NCBI GenBank assembly: GCA_963771355.1
Contig: CAVYTA010000006.1
Coordinates: 864,001 to 928,000 of the forward strand
Direction of reading: 5' to 3'
DNA: 64,000 bases
From: an uncultured Candidatus Rokubacteria bacterium
Lineage (GTDB): Bacteria > Methylomirabilota > Methylomirabilia > Rokubacteriales > CSP1-6
Position numbers and translations under genes: made by a program. Shown piece after piece: positions 51,191 through 64,000 of the stretch. The stretch's first letter is position 1. Each line of letters opens with the position of its first letter. The notes under the pieces are model-generated. The model was not told the DNA's origin. It made no database searches and saw only the letters and a list, made by a program, of their open reading frames with translations.

Positions 51191-52113
51191 GCCTCTTCGG
51201 CGCTTTCGCCGACCGCTTCAAGGATGGCCTCCGGCGGTCCCGCCAGCTCTTCGACGATGGCCTCGACACGCTCCTGTCCGTCGGCCGGACGGTGGACGAG
51301 CCGCTGCTGGAAGAGCTCGAGGAGATCCTCGTCACCGCCGACGTCGGCGCCGCCACCGCGGCCGAGTTCGTGGACCGTATCCGCGGCGAGGCGAAGCGGG
51401 GCCGGGTGAGTACCGCTCAGGACGTGCGGGCCCTGCTCCGGCGGCTGTTCGAGGAGACCCTGGCGCCGGCGGCAGCCCCGCTGAACCTCTCCGGTCGTCC
51501 CGCGGTCGTCCTCATGCTCGGTGTGAACGGGGCCGGCAAGACCACCACCACCGGCAAGCTCGCCGCTGCCTTGCGGGCGCAGGGCAAGGACGTGGTCCTC
51601 GCCGCTGCCGACACCTTCCGCGCCGCCGCCATCGAGCAGCTCGAGGAGTGGGGCCGGCGGGCCCAGTCGCCGGTGATACGGCAGTCCGCCGGCGCCGACC
51701 CTGCCGCGGTGGTCTTCGACGCAGTCAAGGGCGCCGCCGCACGCGGCGCGGACGTGCTCCTCGTGGACACCGCGGGACGGCTGCACACCAAGTCCAACCT
51801 GATGGACGAGCTGATCAAGCTCAAGCGCGTGATCGAGCGCCAGCTCCCGGGAGCGCCGCAGGAGTGTTTGATGGTGCTGGAGGCGCCCACCGGACAGAAC
51901 GGACTGGCCCAGGCCAAACTCTTTCACGAGGCGGTGGGCCTGACCGGTCTGGTCCTCACCAAGCTCGACGGCACCGCCAAGGGCGGCATCGTGGTCCGCA
52001 TCTGGCGGGAGCTGGGCGTGCCCATCAAGCTGGTCGGCGTGGGCGAGAAGATCGAGGACCTCCAGCCCTTCGACGCGAAGGCGTTCGCCGCGGCGTTGCT
52101 CCCCGACTCGTGA
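51187..52113 (+). CDS. ftsY: SRP receptor FtsY (short form, no acidic domain)
   Basis: [33 protein letters not shown]. Confidence 0.95.
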   Translation: MSLFGAFADRFKDGLRRSRQLFDDGLDTLLSVGRTVDEPLLEELEEILVTADVGAATAAEFVDRIRGEAKRGRVSTAQDVRALLRRLFEETLAPAAAPLNLSGRPAVVLMLGVNGAGKTTTTGKLAAALRAQGKDVVLAAADTFRAAAIEQLEEWGRRAQSPVIRQSAGADPAAVVFDAVKGAAARGADVLLVDTAGRLHTKSNLMDELIKLKRVIERQLPGAPQECLMVLEAPTGQNGLAQAKLFHEAVGLTGLVLTKLDGTAKGGIVVRIWRELGVPIKLVGVGEKIEDLQPFDAKAFAAALLPDS

Positions 52114-53246
52114 GCGCGGTCAATCCAGCGGACCATGCGGGCATGCGGCGCGCGCTCGCGCTCGCGGAGCGGGGTCGGGGACTGACCTCGCCCAATCCCA
52201 TGGTGGGCGCGGTGCTGGTCCGGGACGGCGAGGTGGTCGGCGAGGGGTTTCACGCCGAGGCGGGCGGGCCGCATGCCGAGATCGTGGCACTCGCCGCCGC
52301 CGGAGAGCGCGCGCACGGGGCCACGCTCTACGTCACCCTCGAGCCATGCAATCACCACGGCCGGACGCCGCCCTGCACCCGGGCCATCCGGAACGCCGGG
52401 GTGGCCCGGATCGTCGCGGGTGCGCTGGATCCCAATCCGCACGTGACGGGTGGCGGCGCCGACGTGCTGCGCGCATTCGGCCTGGAGGTCGCGGTCGGCC
52501 TGCTGGACGCCGAGGTTCGGGCGCTCAATCGTGCCTTCTTCACCGCCATGCGGCGGGGACGGCCCCACATCACGCTCAAGTCGGCGATGACGCTCGACGG
52601 CAAGATCGCGGCACAGGACGGCACTTCGCGGTGGATCACGGGCGCGGAGGCGCGCGCGGAGGCGCACCGTCTCCGGAGCGAGAGTGACGCCGTCGTGGTG
52701 GGGATCGGCACCGCGCTCGCGGACGATCCCGGGCTGGACGTGAGGCTGGAGGCGCCGTGGCCGCGCGAGCCCTGGCGCGTGGTGGTGGACAGCCAGGCGC
52801 GGCTGCCGGTCCGCGCGCGCGTGATCGGCGCGGGACGGGCCGCGCGCGCCGTCGTCGCCGTCACCGACGCGGCGCCGCTCGAGCGAGTGGCGGCGCTGGA
52901 GGCCGCCGGCGCCACCGTGCTCGCCTGCAAGAGCGCTCAGGGGCGCGTGGACCTCACCGACCTCGCCGCCCGCCTCTTCGCGCTCGACGTGATTGCCATG
53001 CTGGTCGAGGGAGGGGCGGTGCTGAACGCGGCCTTCCTCGAGGCGGGCCTCGTCGACCGCGTCGCCATCTTCCTGGCCCCCAAGCTCCTCGGCGGCGCCG
53101 GCGCGCCCACGCCTGTCGGCGGGCCGGGACGGAGCCTGAGCCAGGCGGTGCGCCTCGCGCGCCCCACCGTGCGCTCGCTCGGCGACGACTGGCTGGTCGA
53201 AGCTGACGTGGCCGCCGAGGTGGCCGACGCCGACGGAGCCTCCTGA
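52110..53246 (+). CDS. ribD: Bifunctional riboflavin deaminase/reductase
   Basis: [41 protein letters not shown]. Confidence 0.95.
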   Translation: MSAVNPADHAGMRRALALAERGRGLTSPNPMVGAVLVRDGEVVGEGFHAEAGGPHAEIVALAAAGERAHGATLYVTLEPCNHHGRTPPCTRAIRNAGVARIVAGALDPNPHVTGGGADVLRAFGLEVAVGLLDAEVRALNRAFFTAMRRGRPHITLKSAMTLDGKIAAQDGTSRWITGAEARAEAHRLRSESDAVVVGIGTALADDPGLDVRLEAPWPREPWRVVVDSQARLPVRARVIGAGRAARAVVAVTDAAPLERVAALEAAGATVLACKSAQGRVDLTDLAARLFALDVIAMLVEGGAVLNAAFLEAGLVDRVAIFLAPKLLGGAGAPTPVGGPGRSLSQAVRLARPTVRSLGDDWLVEADVAAEVADADGAS

Positions 53247-53248
53247 GC

Positions 53249-53860
53249 ATGTTCACCGGTCTCGTGGAGGAGATGGGTCGCGTGGCGAGCCGTGCGGGAA
53301 GCCGGCTCGTCCTCGAGGCGCGCGTCGCGCTCGAGGGGACAGTGCTCGGCTCGAGCGTGGCGGTCAACGGCGTCTGCCTCACCGTGGTGGGACGCGAGGA
53401 CGGGCGCCTGGCCTTCGACGTGGGTCCGGAGACGTTCGTCGTGAGCGCCCTGGGGGATCTCGCTCCCGGCGACCACGTGAATCTCGAGCGACCGCTGCGG
53501 CTGGGCGACTTCGTGGGCGGCCATCTGGTGCAGGGACACGTGGACGGGATCGGGGTGGTGGCCTCGGCGGAGCGGGCGGCGGACACCGCCCGGATCAGGA
53601 TAGAATGGCAGGACCGACGGCTGGCCCCCTACCTGATCCCGAAAGGCTCGGTGGCGGTGGACGGGGTGAGCCTCACGGTGGCAGCGCTGGACGATCGCGC
53701 GTTCGAGATCATGGTGATCCCGCACACGCTGGCGATGACGACGCTGGGGACGGTCCGGCCCGGGCGCCGCGTAAACTTGGAAACGGACATGATCGGAAAG
53801 TACGTGATTCGCGCTCTCGGGCCGGGAATGGCGGGAGTGATCGGAGGAGCCCAATCGTGA
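53249..53860 (+). CDS. ribE: Riboflavin synthase (alpha chain)
   Basis: [38 protein letters not shown]. Confidence 0.95.
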   Translation: MFTGLVEEMGRVASRAGSRLVLEARVALEGTVLGSSVAVNGVCLTVVGREDGRLAFDVGPETFVVSALGDLAPGDHVNLERPLRLGDFVGGHLVQGHVDGIGVVASAERAADTARIRIEWQDRRLAPYLIPKGSVAVDGVSLTVAALDDRAFEIMVIPHTLAMTTLGTVRPGRRVNLETDMIGKYVIRALGPGMAGVIGGAQS

Positions 53861-55095
53861 CGAGCGACCTCGCGCGCGGCGCCGTCGGTGAGTTCTCCAC
53901 CATCGAGGAAGCCATCGAGGAGATCCGGGCGGGCCGGATGCTCGTGGTGGTGGACGACGAGGATCGCGAGAACGAAGGCGACCTCCTAATGGCTGCCGAC
54001 CGGGTCACTCCGGAAGCGGTGAACTTCATGGCCCGGTACGGCCGCGGCCTCATCTGCGTGCCCATGCTCGGGGAGCGCCTCGACGACCTCGAGATCGGTC
54101 TGATGGTGCGCGACAACACCGAGCCGCACGGCACCGCCTTCACCACCACCGTGGACGCCCGCCGCGGCGTCACCACCGGCATCTCCGCCTACGATCGCGC
54201 CATCACCATCCGCACCCTCGTCGACCCCGCCTCGCGTCCGGAGGACCTCAACCGGCCCGGCCACATCTTCCCGCTCCGGGCGCTGCCCGGCGGCGTGCTC
54301 CGCCGCGCCGGCCATACCGAGGCGGCGGTGGACCTCGCGCGGCTGGCCGGCTCGGCCCCGATGGGCGTGATCTGCGAGGTGCTGGACGACGAGGGGGGCA
54401 TGGCCCGGTTGCCGGAGCTATTCAAGCTCGCCCGCACGCACGGGCTCAAGGTCATCACCATCAAGGACCTCATCGAGTACCGGATGCAGAAGGAGAAGCT
54501 CGTGCGCCGGGCGGCGGTGACGCAGCTGCCCACCGAGTTCGGTGAGTTCACCTGCATCGCCTACGAGACCACGGTGGACGACCGAGTCCCGGTGGCGCTC
54601 ATCATGGGGGACATCACCACCGACGCCCCCGTGCTCATGCGCGTGCACTCCGAGTGCCTCACCGGCGACGTGTTCGCCTCCGAGCGCTGCGACTGCGGCT
54701 CCCAGCTCCACCGCGCGCTGGCCATCATCGCCCGCGAGGGCCGCGGCGTCCTCGTCTACATGCGCCAGGAAGGGCGGGGGATCGGGCTCGTCAACAAGCT
54801 CCGCGCCTACGAGCTGCAGGACCAGGGCAAGGACACGGTGGAAGCCAATCACGCCCTCGGGTTCGGGGCGGACTTGCGCCACTACGGGATCGGCGCCCAG
54901 ATCCTGGTCGACCTCGGCATCAGGAACCTCCGCTACCTCACCAACAACCCGAAGAAGATCGTCGGCATCGAGGGCTACGGCCTGCGGGTGGTGGAGCGGG
55001 TGCCGCTGGAGGTCCCGCCCACCGAGGCCAATCGCCGGTACCTCGCCACCAAGCGCGAGAAGATGGGCCACCTCTTCTCCGCCTTCCCGGACTGA
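53857..55095 (+). CDS. ribBA: DHBP synthase / GTP cyclohydrolase II
   Basis: [52 protein letters not shown]. Confidence 0.95.
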   Translation: MTSDLARGAVGEFSTIEEAIEEIRAGRMLVVVDDEDRENEGDLLMAADRVTPEAVNFMARYGRGLICVPMLGERLDDLEIGLMVRDNTEPHGTAFTTTVDARRGVTTGISAYDRAITIRTLVDPASRPEDLNRPGHIFPLRALPGGVLRRAGHTEAAVDLARLAGSAPMGVICEVLDDEGGMARLPELFKLARTHGLKVITIKDLIEYRMQKEKLVRRAAVTQLPTEFGEFTCIAYETTVDDRVPVALIMGDITTDAPVLMRVHSECLTGDVFASERCDCGSQLHRALAIIAREGRGVLVYMRQEGRGIGLVNKLRAYELQDQGKDTVEANHALGFGADLRHYGIGAQILVDLGIRNLRYLTNNPKKIVGIEGYGLRVVERVPLEVPPTEANRRYLATKREKMGHLFSAFPD

Positions 55096-55096
55096 C

Positions 55097-55603
55097 ATGG
55101 CGGGCCGCGCCCCCGCGCCACCGCCGCCCGCGGGAATACCGGGCGGATCGACCACGGCACGCTTCGGGGTGGTGGCCGCGCGCTTCAACGAGGCGATCTC
55201 GAAGAAGCTCGCCGACGGCGCGGTGGCGGCGCTCGAGGGGGCGGGCATCTCCGCCGCGCGCGTGGACGTCCACTGGGTGCCCGGCTCCTTCGAGCTCCCC
55301 CTCGCCGCGCTCACCCTGGCCCGGAGCCGCCGCTATGCCGGCATCGCGTGCGTGGGGGTGGTCATCCGTGGGGAGACGCCGCACTTCGAGTACGTCTCCC
55401 GTGAGACGGCGGCGGGGATCCGTCAGGCTGCGCTGGCGACCGGCGTGCCCATCGGGTTCGGCGTGATCACCGCCAATACCGAGGAGCAGGCCTGGGAGCG
55501 CGCGGGCGGCTCGGTGGGGAATCGCGGCGCGGAGGCGGCGCTCGCCGTGCTCGAGATGGCGGGCTGGCTCCAGGCCCGGCGCGGCTCCGCCCGGCGGCGC
55601 TGA
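55097..55603 (+). CDS. ribH: Lumazine synthase
   Basis: ARFNEAI, VPGSFELP, IRGETPHFEYV, PIGFGV. Confidence 0.94.
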   Translation: MAGRAPAPPPPAGIPGGSTTARFGVVAARFNEAISKKLADGAVAALEGAGISAARVDVHWVPGSFELPLAALTLARSRRYAGIACVGVVIRGETPHFEYVSRETAAGIRQAALATGVPIGFGVITANTEEQAWERAGGSVGNRGAEAALAVLEMAGWLQARRGSARRR

Positions 55604-56019
55604 TGGGCAAGCGACGGAAGTCGCGCGAGCTGGCGCTCCAGCTCCTCTACCAGCTCGACCTCCAGGACGCCTCCAGCGCCGAGCCCTATCTCGACGAGTT
55701 CTGGACCCGGCATCCGGTGGACGGCGAGGTGCGGGGCTTCGTGGAGTCGCTGGTGCGGGGCACTAAGTTCCACCAGCAGAAGATCGACGAGGTCATCGGC
55801 CAGTTCGCCGAGAACTGGGACCTCGACCGCATGGCGGTGGTGGATCGCAACATCCTCCGGGAAGGGGTGTTCGAGCTGCTCTGGATGATGGAGATCCCGC
55901 CCAAGGTCGCCATCAACGAGGCCCTCGAGGTCGCCAAGAAGTTCAGCACGCGGGAGTCGAGCCGGTTCATCAACGGGCTTCTCGATCGCGTCCACAAAGA
56001 GCTGCGGCCCCCCGCGTAG
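55603..56019 (+). CDS. nusB: Transcription antitermination factor NusB
   Basis: RRKSRELALQLLYQ, DRNILR, VAINEALEVAKKFS, FINGLLD. Confidence 0.95.
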   Translation: MGKRRKSRELALQLLYQLDLQDASSAEPYLDEFWTRHPVDGEVRGFVESLVRGTKFHQQKIDEVIGQFAENWDLDRMAVVDRNILREGVFELLWMMEIPPKVAINEALEVAKKFSTRESSRFINGLLDRVHKELRPPA

Positions 56020-56038
56020 CCACTCCCACGGCCGCCCC

Positions 56039-56779
56039 ATCCGATACGCCGTCCTGTCCGACGTACACGCCAACCATCACGCCTTGCGCGCGGTCCTCGA
56101 GGACGCGGCCCTCGAGGGCGCCCATGCGCTGCTGAGCCTCGGTGACCTGGTGGGCTACGGCGCCGAGCCCGCCGCCTGCGTGGACGCGGTGGCGGAACGG
56201 GCCGTCGCGATGGTGGGCGGCAATCACGAGCACGGCGCCGCCGGTCTCCTGAGCCTGGACTGGTTCAATCCCGCGGCGCGCGCGGCGGCGCTCTGGACCC
56301 GCGAGCAGCTGCCGCCCGACACGCTGGAGTGGCTGGGCAGCCGCCCGCTCACCGCGACGGTGGACGACGCGACGCTCGTCCACGCGAGCCCGCGGCGGCC
56401 GGAGGAGTGGGACTATCTGGTCTCCGCGGAAGATGGCTTCGGGGTCTTCGCGGCCTTCGCGACCCGCGTGTGCTTCGTGGGGCACTCGCACCGGCCCGGC
56501 GTGTGGTCGCTGGGATCGAGCGGCCCGGACCACGAGGCCCGCTTCACGGCCTGGCCGGTGGAGGTGCCGCTGGTGGATGGGCGGCGCTACGTGATCAACG
56601 TGGGCAGCGTGGGGCAGCCCCGCGACCGCGACCCGCGCGCGGCTTACGCCATCTGGGACCCGGAGGCGCGGCGCGTGAGCATTCGCCGGGTCGCCTACGA
56701 TCACCATGCCGCCGCCCGCCGCATCCTCGCCGCGGGCCTGCCCCGCGTGCTCGCCGAACGACTGGCCAGTGGACTCTGA
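56039..56779 (+). CDS. Calcineurin-like metallophosphoesterase; apparent start at ATC 56039
   Basis: In-frame IRYAVLSDVHAN lies upstream of the first TTG; then LGDLVGYG, GNHE, HASP, GHSH, NVGSVGQPRD. Confidence 0.85.
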   Translation: MRYAVLSDVHANHHALRAVLEDAALEGAHALLSLGDLVGYGAEPAACVDAVAERAVAMVGGNHEHGAAGLLSLDWFNPAARAAALWTREQLPPDTLEWLGSRPLTATVDDATLVHASPRRPEEWDYLVSAEDGFGVFAAFATRVCFVGHSHRPGVWSLGSSGPDHEARFTAWPVEVPLVDGRRYVINVGSVGQPRDRDPRAAYAIWDPEARRVSIRRVAYDHHAAARRILAAGLPRVLAERLASGL

Positions 56780-58325
56780 CCGGCTCGCCGCCCTCGAGCC
56801 GGCGCGCATCCGGGTGCCGCTGCTCCTGGCCGGCGGCATTCTCGGCGCGCTGGCCTTCCCCTCGACGGATTGGTGGCCGCTGGCGTGGGTCGCGCTGCTC
56901 CCCACTCTGCTCGGCGCCCTCACGCTGCCGCCCCGCCTCGCCTTGCGCGACGGATGGCTCCAGGGGACCGTGTTCTTCGTCCTGCTCCTCCGCTGGCTCG
57001 ATCACACCTTCCGGCATTACAGCGCGATCCCCTGGCCCTTGACCTGGCTGCCCATCGTGGCGCTGGCGGCGTACTGCGGCCTGTACTTCGGCGCGGCGGC
57101 GTTCTGGATCGCCTGGGCTCGCGGAGCACTGGGACGGGGCTGGGCGCTGGCGCTGGTGCCACCGCTCTGGGTGGCCGGCGAATGGTTGCGCGGCTGGCTT
57201 CTGGGTGGCTTCCCGTGGGGACTCATGGGGTATGCGGCGCACGGGGTGCTCCCGCTGATCCAGATCGCCGAGCTGACCGGGGTCTACGGGGTGTCCTTTC
57301 TCATCGTCGCCGTGAACTGCGTGCTGGCCGGTCTCCTCACGCTGGGCTGGACGCGCGCGCTGCCGGGAGTGGTCGGCGTCGGCGCGCTGGTGCTGGGCAC
57401 GCTCGCGTTCGGCTGGAGCGCGCTGGGCGGCGCGGCCCCCGCGCCCCCGCTGCGGGTGGCCGTGATCCAGCCCAATATCGCGCAGACACTCAAGTGGGAC
57501 CCGGCACGGCACGCCGAGATCCTCGACGTCTACGAGGCGCTCACGCGCGAGGCGGCGCGGCCGGTGGAGGTGACCGACCCCACCTCCCGCCCGGCCGTGA
57601 TCATCTGGCCGGAGACGGCGGCCACCATCTTCCTGCGGGGCGACCCGACATTGCTCGACCGGCTCCGGCGGCTGTCCGCCGAGCTCCGGATCCCGCTCCT
57701 GGTGGGCTCGCTCGACCGGCGGGAGACCCCCCGTCCGCAGTACCTGAACAGCGCGTTTCTCCTGACCGGACAAGGGATTACAGCCAAGTATGATAAGATC
57801 CACCTGGTGCCGTTCGGAGAATATGTTCCCCTAGGCTGGCTCATCGGATTCGTGCGCAGCTGGGCGGAATTCATCTCTGATTTCGGGGCCGGTGAGCAGC
57901 CCACCCTCATGGCCGTCGAGGGGGCACGCTTCGGCACGGTGATCTGCTACGAGATCATCTTTCCCGAGCTGTTCCGGGAGGGGGTCGCGGTGGGCGCGAC
58001 CTTCATGGCCAACATCACCAACGACGCATGGTTCGGTGAGACGAGCGGGCCCTGGCAGCATCTGGGCATGCTTCCGCTGCGGGCGGTGGAGACCCGCGTG
58101 GCCATTGGGCGAGCGGCGAATACGGGGATCTCGGCCTTCGTCGATCCGAGCGGGCGCATCCGAAAGTGGCTCCCGCTCGGCGCGCGGGGCATTCTGGCGG
58201 ATCGCGTGCCGCTCCGCGAGCGCGAGACGCTCTACGCGCGGTGGGGCAACTGGTTCGTGTACCTGTCGCTGGCGCTGGTCGCGGGAGCGGCCGGCTTCAC
58301 CTTCTTCCGGAGGTCGCGGTGCTGA
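56769..58325 (+). CDS. lnt: Apolipoprotein N-acyltransferase
   Basis: GFPWGLMGY, IQPNI, IWPETA, YDKIHLVPFGEYVP, ICYEIIF, NDAWFG, RAANTGIS. Confidence 0.95.
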   Translation: MDSDRLAALEPARIRVPLLLAGGILGALAFPSTDWWPLAWVALLPTLLGALTLPPRLALRDGWLQGTVFFVLLLRWLDHTFRHYSAIPWPLTWLPIVALAAYCGLYFGAAAFWIAWARGALGRGWALALVPPLWVAGEWLRGWLLGGFPWGLMGYAAHGVLPLIQIAELTGVYGVSFLIVAVNCVLAGLLTLGWTRALPGVVGVGALVLGTLAFGWSALGGAAPAPPLRVAVIQPNIAQTLKWDPARHAEILDVYEALTREAARPVEVTDPTSRPAVIIWPETAATIFLRGDPTLLDRLRRLSAELRIPLLVGSLDRRETPRPQYLNSAFLLTGQGITAKYDKIHLVPFGEYVPLGWLIGFVRSWAEFISDFGAGEQPTLMAVEGARFGTVICYEIIFPELFREGVAVGATFMANITNDAWFGETSGPWQHLGMLPLRAVETRVAIGRAANTGISAFVDPSGRIRKWLPLGARGILADRVPLRERETLYARWGNWFVYLSLALVAGAAGFTFFRRSRC

Positions 58326-59438
58326 GCGAGCTGAAGCGGGACGTGGCAGACGTGGAGCGTCGCCTCGAGGACCTCCGAGGTCATCTTTGACCTGCCCGCG
58401 CGGGAGGCCCGGCTCGCGGCCATCGACGCCGAGATGTCCCGGGCGACCTTCTGGGAAGACACCCGGCGTGCGCAGACCCTGGTCCAGGAGCGGGCGGAGC
58501 AGAACCGGACGGTGAGCCGTTTCCGGGAGCTCGCCACCCAGGCCGAGGAGGCGCGCCTCCTCTGGGAGATGGCCACCGAAGCGGCCGACGAGAGCCACGG
58601 CCCCGAGATCGCCGCCAGCCTCGCCCGGCTCCGCACCGAGCTGGAAGCGTTCGAGATCAAGGTCATCCTCTCCGGGCCCCAGGACGCCAAGAGCGCCATT
58701 CTGTCCATCCACCCCGGCGCGGGCGGGACCGAGTCGCAGGACTGGGCCCAGATGCTGATGCGCATGTATCTCCGCTGGGCGGAGCGCGTGGGCATCAAGG
58801 CCGAAGTGGTGGATCTGCTGCCGGGCGAGGAGGCCGGGATCAAGTCGGCCACCATCACGATGACCGGCGAGTACGCCTACGGGTACCTCAAGAGCGAGAT
58901 CGGCGTGCACCGGCTCATCCGGATCTCCCCCTTCGATGCCTCCAAGCGGCGCCACACCTCATTCGCCTCGGTGGCGGTGATCCCCGAGGTGGAGGACGTG
59001 GAAGTGGTGATCCGCGACGACGAGCTCCGCGTGGACGTCTACCGCTCCTCGGGCCCCGGCGGGCAGGGGGTCAACACCGCCGACTCCGCCGTCCGCCTCA
59101 CTCACCTTCCCACCGGCATCGTGGTGGCCTGCCAGAACGAGCGCTCTCAGCTGCGGAATCGCGACACCGCCCTGCGCATCCTGCGCGCGCGGCTCTATCA
59201 GGTGTACGAGAAGAAGCAGCGCGAGGAGCTGGCGGAGCTCACCGGGGAAAAGAAGGACATCGCCTTCGGCAGCCAGATCCGTACCTATACCTTCCACCCC
59301 TACCAGATCATCAAGGACCACCGCACCGGGGTGGAGGTCGGCAACGTGGAAGCGGTGATGGATGGCGACATCGATCCCTTCATCCGCGCCTACCTCACGG
59401 GGGTTCGCGCGGGCGGAACCTCCGTGAAGGCCGACTGA
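58319..59438 (+). CDS. prfB: Peptide chain release factor 2, translated through a programmed +1 frameshift
   Basis: GTG 58319 frame ends ...CGA GGT CAT CTT TGA C; the +1 frame continues DLPAREAR... to GAGGTESQDW, SPF, GPGGQGVN. Confidence 0.95.
58377..58391 (+). promoter_or_regulatory. prfB programmed frameshift site
   Basis: Internal SD-like GAGGT, 3 nt, then CTT TGA C. Confidence 0.92.
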
Positions 59439-59441
59439 GAC

Positions 59442-61000
<1,559 letters not shown>

Positions 61001-61004
<4 letters not shown>

Positions 61005-62245
61005 TGCGGGGGCGGGGGCTGCCCTTCGAGCTCGTGCTCGGCCTCAAGTACGTCCGCTCCCGGGGCCGACGCAGCAACCTCTCGCTCTTCGTCTGGATCG
61101 GGATCGGCGGCGTCTTCCTCGGCGTGAGCGCGCTCATCGTGGTGCTGGCGACCATGACCGGCTTCCAGGACGGCATCAAGGACAAGATCATCGCCGCCCA
61201 GCCCCACGTCCTGGTGGTGGAGGGCGGCGGCCGCGGCATGGCCGACGCCGCCGCGGTGGCGGCCCGCCTCCGGCCGGTCTCCGGCGTGCTCGCGGCCACG
61301 CCCTTCGTGCTGCAGCAGGCGCTCTTCACGGTGCAGGGCGGAGGGGCCACCGGCGGGCTGCTGCGGGGGGTCGATCTCGACGCGCCCGCGGTGCGCGAGA
61401 CGATCGCCTCCCAGCTCAAGGGCGGCAGCCTCGACCCGCTCCTCACGGGCGGGGAGCCCGCGCTCCTGCTGGGCCGGGAGCTCGCCCGCACGCTGGGGGT
61501 GATTCCCGGCGACACCGTGACCGTCATCTCGCCGCAGGGGGCCATGACCGCGGTGGGCCTCGTGCCCAAGATGCGCCGCTTCCTGGTGGCGGGCTACGTC
61601 GAGGTGGGCATGTTCGAGCACGACGCCTCGCTCGCCTACACCACGCTGGCCGCCGCCCAGGAATTCGCGGGGCTGGGGGACCGCGTCACCGGCGTGGAGG
61701 TCAAGCTCGATGACCCGTTCGAGGCCAAGACGGTGGCCCTCCGTCTGGCCGCCGCGGCGGGAGCGCCCTACTGGATCCGCGACTGGATGGACATGAACCG
61801 GAACCTCTTCGCCGCGCTCCAGCTGGAGAAGCTCGCGCTGTTCGTGATCGTCACCATCATCGTCCTGGTGGCGGGCTTCGCCATCATCGGCCACCTCATC
61901 CTGCTGGTGGCCGAGAAGCGAAAGGAGATCGGCATCCTCAAGGCGATGGGCGCCACCTCGGGCTCCATCGGCGCCATCTTCCTCGCCGCCGGTATGCTGA
62001 TCGGGCTGGTGGGGACCATCGCCGGAAGCGCCTTCGGGCTGGCCATCATCTGGGTGCAAAACACCTACAAGATCATCCGGCTCGCGGGCGACGTGTACCA
62101 GATCGACCACCTCCCCATGAAGCTCTCCGGCGGCGACTTCGCTCTCGTGATCGGCGCCACCCTGGTGATCTCCTTCCTCGCCACGATCTCACCGGCGCGC
62201 CGCGCCGCCGCGCTCGCCCCCGTGGATGTCCTCCGATATGAATGA
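61001..62245 (+). CDS. lolE: Lipoprotein-releasing ABC permease LolC/E
   Basis: [54 protein letters not shown]. Confidence 0.9.
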
Positions 62246-62924
62246 CGAGCCGCTCGTCGTCGCGGAGGATCTCGAGAAGGAGTACCGCATGGGTCCGGAG
62301 CTGGTCCGCGTGCTCCGGGGGGCGAGCCTCACCGTGAACCGCGCGGAGACGGTGGCCGTCATCGGCGCGTCCGGGGTCGGCAAGTCCACCCTCCTCCACC
62401 TGCTGGGCGCGCTGGATCGGCCCAGCGCGGGCCGCGTGCGCTTCGACGGCGAGGACCTCTTCGTGCGCTCGGAGACGGGGCTGGCCCGCTACCGCCGGAC
62501 GGAGGTCGGCTTCGTCTTCCAGTTCGGCAATCTCCTGGGCGAGATGACCGCGCTCGAGAACGCGATGATCCCCGCGCTGCTGCAGCGGCTCCCCTCGCCC
62601 ACGGCGCGCGCCCGGGCGGCGGAAGCGCTGGGTGAGGTGGGCCTGACCGACCGGATGAATCACCGGCCCGGCGAGCTCTCGGGCGGGGAGCAGCAGCGCG
62701 TGGCCATCGCGCGCGCGCTGGTGGGGGCACCGCGGCTCCTCCTCGCTGACGAGCCCACCGGAAACCTCGATCCCAAGACCAGCGAGGTGATCTGGGACCT
62801 GTTCCTGCGCCTGCAGGCGGAGCGGGGGCTGTCGGTCGTGATCGCCACCCACAATCACGAGCTGGCGCGGCGCGCGGATCGAGGGTACCGGCTGGTAGAA
62901 GGCCGGGCGCAAGCCTGGCCGTGA
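62238..62924 (+). CDS. lolD: Lipoprotein-releasing ABC ATPase LolD
   Basis: GASGVGKSTLLHLLGALD, LSGGEQQRVAIARAL, ADEPTGNLD; follows lolE. Confidence 0.9.
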   Translation: MNDEPLVVAEDLEKEYRMGPELVRVLRGASLTVNRAETVAVIGASGVGKSTLLHLLGALDRPSAGRVRFDGEDLFVRSETGLARYRRTEVGFVFQFGNLLGEMTALENAMIPALLQRLPSPTARARAAEALGEVGLTDRMNHRPGELSGGEQQRVAIARALVGAPRLLLADEPTGNLDPKTSEVIWDLFLRLQAERGLSVVIATHNHELARRADRGYRLVEGRAQAWP

Positions 62925-63141
62925 GGCGATTCGGCGCCTTGGATCCGCGGCCCGTAGCCCCCTCGGCCGATGGCCCCGCCGAGACCGCCCTTCGGATCGC
63001 CGGTGTTCCGGGCAGATAGACCCCGAAGGGAAGAAAAGGCTAGGCGCCGCATTGGGCGGGCGTTATACTTTGAGCAGGTTTAGGCAGCATCGAGTGACCA
63101 TCACCTGACCCTGGGGAGCCCCGGGGGAGTGAGGTAATCAA

Positions 63142-64000
63142 GTGTTCGAACGGTTCACCGAGCGGGCGCGGCGGGTCATCATTCTGGCACGGGAAGAGGC
63201 GGGCCGCTTCCGCCACGACTTCGTAGGCACTGAGCACATCCTCCTCGGCCTCATTCGCGACGGTGAGGGGATCGCCACCGCCGTCCTCCAGCGGCTCGGG
63301 CTCCGGCTCGAGACCGTCAAGGCGGAAGTGGAGCGGGCCCTGGCCGGCTTCCCCAAGACCCTGACCTTCGGGGAGGTACCGTTCACCCCCCAGGCCAAGC
63401 GGGTGCTCGAGCTCAGCATTGAGGAGGCCCGTCAGCTGGGCCACAACTACATCGGCACCGAGCATCTCCTCCTCGGCCTCATGAAAGAGGGCCAGTCCAT
63501 CGCGGCCAAGATCCTCGAGTCGCTCGGGGCCAGGCTCGACGAGGTCCGCCAGGAGACGCTCTCCCTCCTCGGTGACCAGTATTATCCCCGCCCGAAGAAG
63601 CGCTCGCAGACCCCGGTGCTCGACGAGTTCGCGCGTGACCTCACCCAGCTCGCCCGCGAGTCCAAGCTCGACCCCGTCATCGGGCGCGAGACCGAGATCG
63701 AGCGCGTGATCCAGATCCTGGCCCGCCGGACCAAGAACAACCCGGTCCTCATCGGCGAGCCCGGGGTGGGGAAGACCGCCATCGTTGAGGGGCTCGCCCA
63801 GCGCATCGTCGGGCACGAGGTGCCGGACGTCCTCGCGCAGAAGCGGCTGCTCCAGCTCGACCTGGGCGCCCTCGTCGCGGGGACCAAGTACCGCGGCCAA
63901 TTCGAGGAACGGCTCAAGGCGGTGATGAAGGAGATCCGGCAGTCGGAGAACGTCGTCCTCTTCCTCGACGAGCTGCACACCCTCATCGGGGCGGGCGCCG
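63142..64000 (+). CDS. clpC: Clp protease ATPase ClpC (partial, runs off the right edge)
   Basis: GTG 63142 after [27 protein letters not shown]...[53 protein letters not shown]. Confidence 0.93.
   Translation, partial: MFERFTERARRVIILAREEAGRFRHDFVGTEHILLGLIRDGEGIATAVLQRLGLRLETVKAEVERALAGFPKTLTFGEVPFTPQAKRVLELSIEEARQLGHNYIGTEHLLLGLMKEGQSIAAKILESLGARLDEVRQETLSLLGDQYYPRPKKRSQTPVLDEFARDLTQLARESKLDPVIGRETEIERVIQILARRTKNNPVLIGEPGVGKTAIVEGLAQRIVGHEVPDVLAQKRLLQLDLGALVAGTKYRGQFEERLKAVMKEIRQSENVVLFLDELHTLIGAGA

Noticed and set aside
52000..52110. FMN riboswitch before the rib genes
   Set aside because: ribD overlaps the ftsY stop, so there is no leader to hold one.
62925..63141. ncRNA or CtsR/HrcA operator upstream of clpC
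   Set aside because: Only short GC-rich stems (CCCTTCGG...CCGAAGGG) and a TATACT; no recognisable family or operator consensus.

Overview
High-GC (roughly 70% by eye) bacterial chromosome segment, almost all coded on the + strand. Gene content and style suggest a diderm soil/sediment organism, possibly Rokubacteria/Methylomirabilota (inference only). From left to right: a partial GT-C-like membrane protein (-); a thrC-like/sulfur-carrier/NIL/aminotransferase/glycerate-kinase operon; rlmN-mtaB-mtnP-pfkB-larEBC; a form II CO-dehydrogenase-like Mo-hydroxylase (coxSLM) with a maturation cluster (mocA, coxD, coxE, xdhC/coxF, Moco-binding protein, sufU, sufS) plus amidohydrolase and agmatinase-family genes; nfeD-slipin; tRNA-Ala(CGC); small accessory genes including a 40-aa zinc-finger microprotein and HIT-phnC-phnE; a secreted protein with 47 tandem Arg-terminated repeat units, mostly 8 aa (TQDVNAPR), under a predicted sigma54/IHF promoter and divergent from an exported two-subunit M16 peptidase and a rhomboid; and finally a long housekeeping run (GMPP/PMM, tlyA, nadK, recN, secA, smc, rodZ, ftsY, ribD-E-BA-H, nusB, phosphoesterase, lnt, frameshifted prfB, lysS, lolE/D, partial clpC). 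No CRISPR array, rRNA or mobile element was seen. The best candidate for an undescribed system is the repeat-protein/protease locus at about 32.5-37.7 kb. All calls come from reading motifs by eye; no searches were run.
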